The notes under the pieces are model-generated. The model was not told where the DNA came from. It made no database searches and saw only the letters and a program-made list of their open reading frames with translations. Source: Acidimicrobiia bacterium (GTDB taxonomy: Bacteria; Actinomycetota; Acidimicrobiia; Actinomarinales; Actinomarinaceae). From it: a stretch of 64,000 nucleotides of DNA. Both the position numbers and the translations under genes were made by a program. Shown here in pieces: positions 42,020 through 51,322 of the stretch (the first letter of the stretch is position 1; every line of letters begins with the position of its first letter). The DNA lies in contig JAONAZ010000002.1 of NCBI GenBank assembly GCA_028376655.1, positions 5,029 through 69,028 on the forward strand. The letters are read 5' to 3'.

Positions 42020-43171
42020 GTGGAAAGTTTTGATGCAATATCGTTAGTAGTAATATCCTTGGGTGCATTTCTCCTTCCTCTAGTTGGTTCTCGACTTAAG
42101 ATTCCTTCAATTGTGCTTGAAATAGCTTTTGGGATCATAGTTGGCCCTGTACTACATCTAGTAACCCCATCAGAATTTATTTCAGGTTTAGCTGTTCTAG
42201 GCTTTTTACTATTAATGTTTTTATCCGGATTTGAAATTGAACTTGATACATTTAGAGAAAAAGGGCTCAGAACATTAGCTCTACCAATCGTTGTTTATTT
42301 ATCTACTGTCGCCATTTCTTTTGTGATTATTACAGAATTAGAATATCCTATATTCCTAGCTCTAGTCCTCTGTACTACCAGTGTTGATATAGTTATTTCT
42401 GTATTAAGAAGCGATGATACAATCAAAACTGATTATGGACAAATGTTGTTTATAATTGCCCTGCTTGCCGACATATTAACTCTTCTGGCTGCGACAGTTT
42501 ATGCATCAGTTATTAAATCAAATGGCTTTTCTGTCACAAACTTAAATATTATTCTCTATTTTGCAATAGTTATATTTTTACTAAGGATTCTGAGAAGATT
42601 AGCTTGGTGGAACCCTCAATTATTCTCCCGAATGTTTGATGGTAATGATCCAGAAGAACTAGGCATCAGAAGTTCATTAGCTCTGATGTTAACTCTTGTT
42701 GGAGTTGCAGTTTTATTTGACATAGAAGCAATCCTTGGAGCATTTTTAGCAGGTACGCTATTTGCATTTGTTTTCCCCAATAGAGGAAGTTTGGAGAGCA
42801 GCCTAAAGGGTTTTTCTTATGGTTTTCTAATACCAATCTTTTTTATAAATATTGGCTTAAACTACGATATATCTCTATTTTCAAATACTGAATTTTATAT
42901 AGATGTTCTATATTTATTTGGTATCGCAGTGGTAGTAAAATTAGTGCCATCTTTATTATTAATATTCTCTAAAATTTCTTTATCAAAAATATTTGCTGGA
43001 GGGTTTCTACTTTCAGCTAGATTTAGTTTAATAATTGCTATGGCAGAAATAGGTGTAGAGCTTGAACTGTTATCAAAAAATTTAGAACAGCAGATTATTC
43101 TTCTTGCCGTTCTAACAGCAACCGTATCTCCATTGTTATTTAGAATCTTCAATAAAAATTCTAAGATTTAA
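42020..43171 (+). CDS. Cation:proton antiporter (CPA2/Kef-type membrane domain only)
   Basis: Na_H_exchanger-type TM pattern (PSIVLEIAFGIIVGP, FLLLMFLSGFE). GTG at 42020 lies 5 nt after AGGAG. The longer ORF start at 41939 lies inside the upstream gene. Confidence 0.8.
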   Translation: MESFDAISLVVISLGAFLLPLVGSRLKIPSIVLEIAFGIIVGPVLHLVTPSEFISGLAVLGFLLLMFLSGFEIELDTFREKGLRTLALPIVVYLSTVAISFVIITELEYPIFLALVLCTTSVDIVISVLRSDDTIKTDYGQMLFIIALLADILTLLAATVYASVIKSNGFSVTNLNIILYFAIVIFLLRILRRLAWWNPQLFSRMFDGNDPEELGIRSSLALMLTLVGVAVLFDIEAILGAFLAGTLFAFVFPNRGSLESSLKGFSYGFLIPIFFINIGLNYDISLFSNTEFYIDVLYLFGIAVVVKLVPSLLLIFSKISLSKIFAGGFLLSARFSLIIAMAEIGVELELLSKNLEQQIILLAVLTATVSPLLFRIFNKNSKI

Positions 43172-43173
43172 TA

Positions 43174-44073
43174 GTGAAATCAAATTTTATTTTATATCTA
43201 AAAGGGATTGGTATGGGTGCAGCCGATATTGTTCCTGGAGTATCTGGTGGTACAATAGCATTAATTACTGGAATTTATGAAGAACTTATTTCTTCCATAA
43301 AAAATATTAATCCGAGATTAATTAAGACATTATTTAAAAAGGGAGTAAAAGAATTTTGGATAGAACTAAATGGCACATTCTTCATTATTTTATTGAGTGG
43401 AATTGCTACTTCTGTAATTCTCTTAGTTCAGATTATTGTCTTTTTATTGGACAGCCATGAGTTTAAGATTTGGGGTTTCTTCTTTGGCTTAATTATTGCA
43501 TCTGCATATATAATTTTAAAAGATATCCAGACATTAGATATTAATAAGGTATGTATAGTAATTTTAGGAATTGCCATCGCGGCTTCTGTTGTTCTTTCAG
43601 ATACTACAACCTTGCCAAATACTGACATTTATATTTTCTTTACAGGTTCAATTGCAATAACTGCCATGATTCTTCCGGGTATCAGTGGATCTTTTATTCT
43701 TCTTTTGCTCTCAAAATATGAATTTATTATTAACGCAATAAAGGATTTTGATATAAGGATTATTCTAGTTTTTGGTTTAGGTTGCATATTTGGATTATTA
43801 ATTTTCAGTCGATTCTTACATTTTTTATTTCAAAATTATAAAGATAATTTACTAGCCCTACTTTCAGGTTTTCTAATAGGATCATTGTTAAAGGTATGGC
43901 CTTTTCGTCAAACAGTTAAAACTATAACTAATAGTGATGGGATAGAAGATGCTGTAATAACTCAACCTGTTTTACCAACTTCTCAGGACATAGAAAGTAT
44001 TGCAATGTTCATCATTTTTTCAATCAGTGGATATTTGCTAATCAATTTTATTCAAAAGAAATCAATATCATAA
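43174..44073 (+). CDS. DUF368-family membrane protein
   Basis: Signature KGIGMGAADIVPGVSGGTIALITGIY, repeated as PGISGSFILLLL in the second half. Confidence 0.8.
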   Translation: MKSNFILYLKGIGMGAADIVPGVSGGTIALITGIYEELISSIKNINPRLIKTLFKKGVKEFWIELNGTFFIILLSGIATSVILLVQIIVFLLDSHEFKIWGFFFGLIIASAYIILKDIQTLDINKVCIVILGIAIAASVVLSDTTTLPNTDIYIFFTGSIAITAMILPGISGSFILLLLSKYEFIINAIKDFDIRIILVFGLGCIFGLLIFSRFLHFLFQNYKDNLLALLSGFLIGSLLKVWPFRQTVKTITNSDGIEDAVITQPVLPTSQDIESIAMFIIFSISGYLLINFIQKKSIS

Positions 44074-44104
44074 AATAATTCAAGACCCCGGGTAGAATTA
44101 ACAT

Positions 44105-44242
44105 ATGAGATTAGGACTACCAGAACTTTTAATAATTTTAACAATTCTATTGTTACTCTTTGGGGCCAAACGTTTACCAGGTCTTGCAAAATCTTTAGGT
44201 AAATCAACAAGAGAGTTTAAAACCGGTCTAGAAGAAGAATAA
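44105..44242 (+). CDS. tatA: Twin-arginine translocase protein TatA/E (45 aa, below the ORF-track cutoff)
   Basis: My own translation: MRLGLPELLIILTILLLLFGAKRLPGLAKSLGKSTREFKTGLEEE. It has the canonical TatA TM helix, the FG.K+LP hinge and an amphipathic helix. Confidence 0.8.
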   Translation: MRLGLPELLIILTILLLLFGAKRLPGLAKSLGKSTREFKTGLEEE

Positions 44243-44245
44243 ACT

Positions 44246-44536
44246 TTGAAGAAGATACTAATTCCTTTTTTTATATTATTTGTTTCTTGCACACCTGCAG
44301 AAGTAACTGAACTAACATCTGGCGAAGAAATCTACACATCTAGATGTTCTGCATGCCATGGTTCAGATTTCTCAGGTCGTGTAGGTCCAAGTCTAAATAT
44401 GGACTCAAAGGCGGCCCAAATGCCTGACTCATATTGGGTTCAAACAATCACCAAGGGTATGGGCTCAATGCCCGCCCAGCGACTAAGTGATAATGAGGTA
44501 ATTCTTGTAATTAATTTTATCAAAGGACAGTATTAG
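44246..44536 (+). CDS. Monoheme class-I c-type cytochrome, lipoprotein
   Basis: Lipobox LFVSC, heme motif CSACHG, distal Met block GMGSMPAQ. TTG start 3 nt after the tatA stop. Confidence 0.8.
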   Translation: MKKILIPFFILFVSCTPAEVTELTSGEEIYTSRCSACHGSDFSGRVGPSLNMDSKAAQMPDSYWVQTITKGMGSMPAQRLSDNEVILVINFIKGQY

Positions 44537-44544
44537 TTTTCTCT

Positions 44545-44620
44545 AATGGTGCCAGCATTTATTTGTAAAAGAATATTAATTATTTTTGGAGAAGGCTTAG
44601 TTAACACCATTGTTTTTTTT
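44545..44620 (+). terminator. Possible terminator after the cytochrome c gene
   Basis: AATGGTG ... CACCATT (7 bp with a long 53-nt loop), followed by G plus T8. Confidence 0.3.
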
Positions 44621-44747
44621 AAAAACGAATATTAAATTAAATTTTCAACAGAAATTCTGTAATAAGTTATTAACCAATTTATACCAAATTAGATTAGTTA
44701 ATTTGATTATTTTCAAGTAAAATTTACATATTGTTACAGAGGAGAGT

Positions 44748-46673
44748 ATGAAAAATCAACTACACGAATTTTTAAAAAATCAATCATCATCTATAGACGC
44801 CAAAGTAGAAGGAAAAACCCTAATAGACTATATCGATAATAATGCCGAAGAATATCCAGACTTTCCTGCAATAAATACACCAATTAATAATGAGTATTCA
44901 GGATGGGATGCAATGTCTTGGAGTGAATATAGAAATGAGATTCATAACCTAGCGTCAGGCCTCATTGATATTGGCTTAACACCAAGAGATACAGCTTTTA
45001 TTATGTCTAATAATACCAAAGAACATAATATCTCTGACCTTGCAATAATGCATTGTGGTTCAACTCCGTCAACTCTCTACAAGCAACTCAAATCTGGACA
45101 AATTGAATATGTTGCAAATCTTATGGAAGCAAAAGTTGCTATTGCAGGAGATTTAGAATTATTTCATGAGATTAATAAAGCCAAAGAAGATTGTCCAAAA
45201 TTAGAAACAATAGTTGTTATTAATGGATACGAAGAAGTTAAAGATAAGGAGTATGTTGTTTCTTATCATGAATTGCTAGAACGTGGCAAGGGCATTAATG
45301 ATAAAGATGATACATTATTACGTGATGCTATCAAAACTGTAACACCTGAATCACTTGCTTGTTTAATTTTTACTTCAGGTACAACTGGAAATCCAAAAGG
45401 GGTAATGATTACCCATAGAAATGTTTTATGGACAAATGAAAGTCTTTTTGGTGAATTGGTACCCGCATCTATGCACCCAAGAATTGTTTCCTACTTACCT
45501 ATGGCTCATATTGCCGCTAGAGCAGGAGATCACTACCAAGCTATATATAAAACTGGTCAAATCTTTCCTGTACCTGTTCTTGAGGATATGTCACTTGCTC
45601 TACCAACAATTCAGCCCAGTGTATTCCTAGCTGTACCAAGAGTATGGGAAAAATTTCAGGCTGGTTTACTTAATAAAATTAATGATTCAGACAAAGCAGA
45701 TCTAGCATTAAAAGCCATTGATAATGGACTGGAAAGAGTAAAGTATGAACAAAGCGGTGAAAGTGTTCCTTTAAAAGTTAAACTTCTTGACGCAGTTTTT
45801 AATAAATTAGTATTTTCTAAATTTAAAGAAGGTTTAGGGATTCAAAATACCGAATATTTTGTAACAGCTGCTGCAGCGATGAATCCAGATGTTCAACGTT
45901 GGTTTCACGCTATACATATTGACGTTACTGAAATTTATGGAATGACTGAAGATACTGGTCCCGCAACAGTTGGCATTGCATCAAATGCAGTTGAATCTTT
46001 AACTAATAAGTTAAAATCAGCGGGAGTGCCTATACCCAAAGTATTTAACCCAATTGGTAAAGTAGGTATACCTTTAGCTGGTACAGAAATAAAAATATTA
46101 GAAGATGGAGAGTTATGCATGAAAGGTGGTCACGTAACAAATGGTTATTACAAACAAGAAGAAGCAACAAAAGAAGCATTTGATACTGATGGCTGGCTTC
46201 ATACGGGTGATTTAGCTGAAATTGGTGAAGATGGATATGTCAAAATTATAGGACGTAAGAAAGAGATAATCATAACGTCTGGAGGAAAAAATATTGCTCC
46301 AGTAGAACTTGAAGATCTTATTAAACCCCATCCATTAGTCGGACAGATTTGCATGGTTGGTGATGGTCAAAAGTTTCTTTCTGCTTTAATCGTCCTCGAT
46401 AGAGAAGGTACAAGTGAGAAATGGGCTGAAGACAACTCTATAAATTACGATATAGACACTTTTCATGAAAATGAGAAAGTTATTGAAGCTATTCAAGGTC
46501 AGATTGATATAGCAAATAGCAAAGTTGCGAATGTTCAACAAATTAAGAAATTTACCATTTTGGAAGAAGAGTGGACAGATACAAGTGGGGAATTAACACC
46601 AACTCTTAAACTAAAGAGAAATGTTATCAATGAAGTGTATAAAGATAAAATAGACGCAATGTACAAGGAGTAA
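44748..46673 (+). CDS. fadD: Long-chain acyl-CoA synthetase (AMP-forming)
   Basis: AMP-binding motif IFTSGTTGNPKGVMITH, plus YGMTE, GWLHTGD and the C-terminal K.KR block. Confidence 0.9.
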   Translation: MKNQLHEFLKNQSSSIDAKVEGKTLIDYIDNNAEEYPDFPAINTPINNEYSGWDAMSWSEYRNEIHNLASGLIDIGLTPRDTAFIMSNNTKEHNISDLAIMHCGSTPSTLYKQLKSGQIEYVANLMEAKVAIAGDLELFHEINKAKEDCPKLETIVVINGYEEVKDKEYVVSYHELLERGKGINDKDDTLLRDAIKTVTPESLACLIFTSGTTGNPKGVMITHRNVLWTNESLFGELVPASMHPRIVSYLPMAHIAARAGDHYQAIYKTGQIFPVPVLEDMSLALPTIQPSVFLAVPRVWEKFQAGLLNKINDSDKADLALKAIDNGLERVKYEQSGESVPLKVKLLDAVFNKLVFSKFKEGLGIQNTEYFVTAAAAMNPDVQRWFHAIHIDVTEIYGMTEDTGPATVGIASNAVESLTNKLKSAGVPIPKVFNPIGKVGIPLAGTEIKILEDGELCMKGGHVTNGYYKQEEATKEAFDTDGWLHTGDLAEIGEDGYVKIIGRKKEIIITSGGKNIAPVELEDLIKPHPLVGQICMVGDGQKFLSALIVLDREGTSEKWAEDNSINYDIDTFHENEKVIEAIQGQIDIANSKVANVQQIKKFTILEEEWTDTSGELTPTLKLKRNVINEVYKDKIDAMYKE

Positions 46674-46675
46674 AC

Positions 46676-47578
46676 ATGAATCAAATAAACTTTGAAAACA
46701 GAACAGTTATTGTTACCGGGGCAGGTAATGGCCTTGGCAAAGCATATGCTCTAGAACTCGGAAGCAGGGGAGCAAAAGTTATTGTTAATGATCTTGGAGG
46801 ATCCGTCGATGGTTCTGGTGCAGCAAGTTCACCAGCTGATGAAGTTGTGGCTGAAATATCAAAAAATGGTGGAGAAGCTATTGCTAACTATGATTCTGTT
46901 GCAACTAAAGAGGGTGGAGAAGCTATTGTTCAGTGTGCTGTTGATAACTTCGGAACAGTTGATGCAGTTATCAACAATGCTGGTATCTTACGTGATAAAA
47001 GTTTTGCAAATATGTCTGAAGATGAATTATCACTTATTTTGGATGTACATTTAAAGGGCACTTTTTTTGTAAGTCAGCCTGCTTTTAAAGTTATGAAAGA
47101 TAATAATTATGGAAGAATTGTTAATGTCGCATCTCCATCAGGTTTATTTGGCAACTTTGGTCAGGCAAACTATGGTGCAGCGAAAATGGGAATTGTGGGT
47201 CTAACAAATGTCCTTTCAATAGAAGGTGCTAAATATAATATAAAAGTAAACGTCATAGCCCCAACAGCATATACAAGAATGACAGAGGCATTACTTCCTG
47301 AGGATGTTGGCAAATTATTTAGTGCTCAATTAGTTACACCTATGGTTGTATACCTAGCATCTGAATCTTGTGTACCGACACATGAAATTTTCGGTGTAGC
47401 AGCTGGCCGTTTTGCACGAATTGGAATAATTACTCATAAAGGATATGTTAATACATCTGCCACTGCCGAGGATATAGCTGGCAATATTGAAGAAATTAGG
47501 ACTATTAAGGATGGAAAATATCCATTAAGTAATGAAGATGAACTAATGATCATTCAAGAAGCAATACAGGGAAGCTAA
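46676..47578 (+). CDS. SDR, MFE-2/HSD17B4-type (3R)-hydroxyacyl-CoA dehydrogenase-like
   Basis: VTGAGNGLGKAYALELGSRGAKVIVNDLGG, NNAGILRD and Y..AK (NYGAAK), characteristic of the MFE-2 dehydrogenase domain. Confidence 0.8.
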   Translation: MNQINFENRTVIVTGAGNGLGKAYALELGSRGAKVIVNDLGGSVDGSGAASSPADEVVAEISKNGGEAIANYDSVATKEGGEAIVQCAVDNFGTVDAVINNAGILRDKSFANMSEDELSLILDVHLKGTFFVSQPAFKVMKDNNYGRIVNVASPSGLFGNFGQANYGAAKMGIVGLTNVLSIEGAKYNIKVNVIAPTAYTRMTEALLPEDVGKLFSAQLVTPMVVYLASESCVPTHEIFGVAAGRFARIGIITHKGYVNTSATAEDIAGNIEEIRTIKDGKYPLSNEDELMIIQEAIQGS

Positions 47579-47609
47579 CTTAAATACTTATTTGAATGTA
47601 TAATTTTTT

Positions 47610-48827
47610 ATGGAAAAAATAGACACAAAACAAATACAATCCGAAGAGCTTGTAAATAAAAGACTTCAAGAATTGATTGATTTTAGAAAAGATGATCAAG
47701 ATTTACAAGTATTTTGGGGTAAGCAATTTGATCTTGGTTTAGCTTGGGTTCAATTTCCTGAAGGTTCCGGCGGTTTAGGATTAAATCCTAAATATCAAAT
47801 GCTCATTACTGAAAGACTAAGAAGTGAAGGTATTTCTCAGCAAAATAGAATAGCTAATATTTTAGGAATAGGAATGGGTGCGCCTACGATTATTGAATAT
47901 GGCACTCCTGAGCAAATAGAACAATATTTAAGGCCAATGTTTACAGCTGAAGAGATATGGTGTCAATTATTTTCTGAACCAGGATCTGGTTCCGACTTAG
48001 CTAGTTTATCTACTAAGGCAGTAGATGATGGAGATGGTTATATTGTTAATGGTCAAAAAGTCTGGACTACTCTTGGCCACTTGGCTAAATGGGGATTGTT
48101 AGTTACTAGAACAGATCCTGCTGCGCCTAAACATAGAGGTTTAACTTTTTTTATAGTTGATATGGAATCTGATGGGGTTGAAGTTAGACCCTTGAGACAA
48201 ATTACAGGTGAAGCAGAATTTAATGAAGTATATTTTACAGATACCAAAATACCAAAAAAGAATATTTTAGGTGGACTCGGTGAAGGTTGGAGAGTATCTT
48301 TAGCAACCTTAATGAATGAGAGAGTAGCAATCGGGGGTAATGTTAGAGAAAGAGGTAGCGGAGCACCTGGACATTTGGTACAAATATGGAAAGATAGAGA
48401 ACTTGAAGACCCTATTCAAAAGGACAAACTTGTAGAATTATGGATTCAGCAGGAAGCTGTCAGGCTAACAAATATAAGGGCATCTGAACTAAGAGAGAAG
48501 GGTACACCTGGACCTGAGGGCTCAACCAGTAAACTTTATGAAGCAGAAATCAATAAAGCTTCTTATGAATTTGGTATGGAGTTATTAGGTAATGATGGAC
48601 TATTATTTCCGCGGGGATATACACTCACCCAACCAGAATTAAATTTCGATAATGATACATTCGGTTTTACCGATACACAAAGTTTATTTTTACGTTCAAG
48701 AGCTAATTCAATTGAAGGTGGTACATCTGAAATAATGAGGAATATTATTGCAGAAAGAGTTCTTGGATTACCTGGTGAACAAAAACTAGATAAAGATAAG
48801 CCTTGGAAAGATATACCTAGATCTTAA
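47610..48827 (+). CDS. fadE: Acyl-CoA dehydrogenase
   Basis: ACAD blocks (QLFSEPGSGSDLAS, GQKVWTT, C-terminal IEGGTSEIMRNIIAE). Confidence 0.9.
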   Translation: MEKIDTKQIQSEELVNKRLQELIDFRKDDQDLQVFWGKQFDLGLAWVQFPEGSGGLGLNPKYQMLITERLRSEGISQQNRIANILGIGMGAPTIIEYGTPEQIEQYLRPMFTAEEIWCQLFSEPGSGSDLASLSTKAVDDGDGYIVNGQKVWTTLGHLAKWGLLVTRTDPAAPKHRGLTFFIVDMESDGVEVRPLRQITGEAEFNEVYFTDTKIPKKNILGGLGEGWRVSLATLMNERVAIGGNVRERGSGAPGHLVQIWKDRELEDPIQKDKLVELWIQQEAVRLTNIRASELREKGTPGPEGSTSKLYEAEINKASYEFGMELLGNDGLLFPRGYTLTQPELNFDNDTFGFTDTQSLFLRSRANSIEGGTSEIMRNIIAERVLGLPGEQKLDKDKPWKDIPRS

Positions 48828-49444
48828 TTCTTAAGAACTATACAGTATTTACCATCATCACAATACACTTCTATATCTTTTTGTAGAGCAATATTTCTAA
48901 GCGTTCTGGAAGATCCATAAGGTATATCCATATTATCAATATCCCACTTAGAACCCTTTATTGTCAGGTTAGTTATTTGTGAAAGTGTAATGATACTAAA
49001 GATTTTATCAACCTCTGTATAAAAATTATTATTAGGAGAAAAAATTATTGTTTCATTTTTTGTTATCCACTCAATATGTTCAGTTTTATTAAAGGCTGAA
49101 ATAGTTAATAAATTAGAAAATAGATGATCTAATTCTTTACCCTCACCACCGATAATTGTTATTGATTCTGAGCCATGCTGTTTTGCAACTTCTAATGCAA
49201 TTTCTAAATCTGTTTCATTTTTATTTTTATCATAAGTCAATATTGTTGCACCGTCTTTAGCTGCAGTATTCTTAGTGCTAGTTTTAATAGAGTCAAAATC
49301 TCCGATTATATGTGTTGGCAAATAAGATAAATTATATAAATATTTCGTTCCACCATCTACACCAAAAATGTAATCATATTTTTTTAATAATTGATTTTTT
49401 GTAACAGTACATTCACCATTTAGTGAAATCAAAATATTAATCAT
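48824..49444 (-). CDS. thiN: Thiamine diphosphokinase
   Basis: TPK catalytic block GVDGGTKYL...IGDFDSI and a C-terminal thiamine-binding beta domain. Confidence 0.75.
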   Translation of the reverse strand: MINILISLNGECTVTKNQLLKKYDYIFGVDGGTKYLYNLSYLPTHIIGDFDSIKTSTKNTAAKDGATILTYDKNKNETDLEIALEVAKQHGSESITIIGGEGKELDHLFSNLLTISAFNKTEHIEWITKNETIIFSPNNNFYTEVDKIFSIITLSQITNLTIKGSKWDIDNMDIPYGSSRTLRNIALQKDIEVYCDDGKYCIVLKN

Positions 49445-49466
49445 TGTAATTAAAGATTATCATATT

Positions 49467-50651
49467 TTATGATTCAATAATAGGTGCAGCGATTTTGAGG
49501 GAGGTTTTTAAAGCATCCATTACCAAAGATTTGCTTTCTGCTTGTGAAAAAACAAATCCAAGATATTTTTCTCCTTTTGGAGGCATTTGTAGATGACTAT
49601 TCTTCGACACTGTTATATCTACAGAAGAAACATTTTCAATATCAGTTAATTCATCGATATTTATAGATACAAATTTACCACTTTTTGGTACTGGCAACAT
49701 TAAAACACCAACATAATTGCTAAGTAATTCTATTTGTTTAAATTTTTCAGTACTGAAGGCTAATAGTATTAGTTCCTCTAAAGACTGTTTAAATAATCCA
49801 AAACTTAAACATCTTGAGCAAAGACCTCCAATCATTCTGGGATTTATTTCAATGATAAAAACTTGATTATTAAATATTTTGAATTCAGCATGAATTGGTC
49901 CATTTGTTAATCCAATTTTTTTACATGCTTCATGGAGTTTAAGCTTTACTTCTTTAATTACTTCATCATCTAAATTGCTTGGTGTTAAATATATGGACTC
50001 TTCAAAGTAAGGCTCTCTATAAATTAATGGTTTCTCAAATACTACAAATTTATGTAGTTCAGAGTTAATTAACATTCCCTCGTACGCGTATTCATTACCC
50101 TCAACAAATTCTTCAATAATAAGTTCATTTTTTTTACAATCTTTAATTATATTTTTAATAAGAGTATCTTTTTTATTTTGATTTGTTACCTTAATTACCC
50201 TATTGCTTGCTGTACCCTTGGTAGGCTTAAGTACTCCGAACTTATATTTAGTTACAAATTCATCAACATCGTCCATGTTATTGACGTATTTATTTTTAAT
50301 TTTTACTTCAGTTATTTCATTAAAAATTTCTCGGGACTTATATTTGTCCATTGCTAAATTCACCGAGTATATCGAATTACCTTTAGCATTTAGTAAATCC
50401 ACTAACTTTGCTGCATACACTAATGATGAATGGTCAACTGGTAAAACATGGGTTATGTCGATTAGTTTATCTAGAACAATTTGAGTAATATCTTTAGAAA
50501 AATCTGAAACAATAATATTATCGCTTAATTTTTCAGAAACTTGTTCACTGTCTGTGATTATAAAAAATGGTATTTTCAACCTTTTAGCGGCTAACACAAA
50601 GTCATTTGATTTATAACTTTGCTCTGGAATAACCAGTAATACTTTTTTCAT
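49467..50651 (-). CDS. ATP-grasp family ligase, unknown substrate
   Basis: Pre-ATP-grasp N-domain, DKYKSREIF, VLKPTKGTAS, EEFVEGNEY, HAEF...IEINPRMIGG. Lies 22 nt upstream of the TPK gene on the same strand. Confidence 0.7.
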   Translation of the reverse strand: MKKVLLVIPEQSYKSNDFVLAAKRLKIPFFIITDSEQVSEKLSDNIIVSDFSKDITQIVLDKLIDITHVLPVDHSSLVYAAKLVDLLNAKGNSIYSVNLAMDKYKSREIFNEITEVKIKNKYVNNMDDVDEFVTKYKFGVLKPTKGTASNRVIKVTNQNKKDTLIKNIIKDCKKNELIIEEFVEGNEYAYEGMLINSELHKFVVFEKPLIYREPYFEESIYLTPSNLDDEVIKEVKLKLHEACKKIGLTNGPIHAEFKIFNNQVFIIEINPRMIGGLCSRCLSFGLFKQSLEELILLAFSTEKFKQIELLSNYVGVLMLPVPKSGKFVSINIDELTDIENVSSVDITVSKNSHLQMPPKGEKYLGFVFSQAESKSLVMDALKTSLKIAAPIIES

Positions 50652-50689
50652 TTATTTTACACAATCCACAATTTCACTATCATTATTAT

Positions 50690-51322
50690 ATGACTGAAAA
50701 TTTTAAATTTGATATTGGTGAAAAAGCAATTGGAAAAGTTCTTGAAATAAAAGAGCAAGAACCGGGGGATAATGAGTATGCCTTATTTCTTCAGATAGAT
50801 GGTGTACAAGGTAACCAATACACGTATGATCTTAGTTTTTTAGATTTAGAACAAGCTAGATCTGATGACAAACGAGTTGAATTTGGAGAATTAACTGTAA
50901 TTATCGCTTCTAAAGATTTAGATAAATTTAATAATGCTAAATTAGAACTTTCAGATGACCCTTCTGCACCTGGTCTTACTATGGATAATCCTAATACACC
51001 GAGTCCAGAAATCTTTGGAAACCCTGATGAAATGCCTGAACTAACTGGTGAACTTGCTGAAAAGGTTCAAACTGTACTTGAGTCACAAATAAACCCAGCA
51101 ATAGCATCCCATGGTGGTGTTGCTCAACTAGTAGGCGTTGAGGGGCAAGATGTTTATCTTAAACTAGGTGGCGGTTGTCAAGGTTGCGGTATGGCACAGG
51201 TTACATTGACACAAGGTATTGAAACTTCCTTAAGAGATGCTATTCCAGAAATAGGTAACATTATTGATGCAACTGACCATGCTTCTGGTGATAATCCTTA
51301 TTTTGAATCTGCTAAAAAATAA
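50690..51322 (+). CDS. NfuA-like Fe-S delivery protein (degenerate A-type N-domain + Nfu C-domain)
   Basis: C-terminal SHGGVAQLV...GGCQGCGMAQVTLTQGIE. The N-terminal domain resembles IscA/HesB but lacks the Cys triad. Confidence 0.75.
   Translation: MTENFKFDIGEKAIGKVLEIKEQEPGDNEYALFLQIDGVQGNQYTYDLSFLDLEQARSDDKRVEFGELTVIIASKDLDKFNNAKLELSDDPSAPGLTMDNPNTPSPEIFGNPDEMPELTGELAEKVQTVLESQINPAIASHGGVAQLVGVEGQDVYLKLGGGCQGCGMAQVTLTQGIETSLRDAIPEIGNIIDATDHASGDNPYFESAKK

Noticed and set aside
44098-44292. 64-aa minus-strand ORF
   Set aside because: It is antisense to a clear TatA coding sequence and the start of the cytochrome c gene.
44546-44635. 29-aa ORF (MVPAFICKRILIIFGEGLVNTIVFFKNEY) in the long spacer
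   Set aside because: It has no ribosome-binding site and spans the putative terminator hairpin and T8 tract. It is more likely non-coding.
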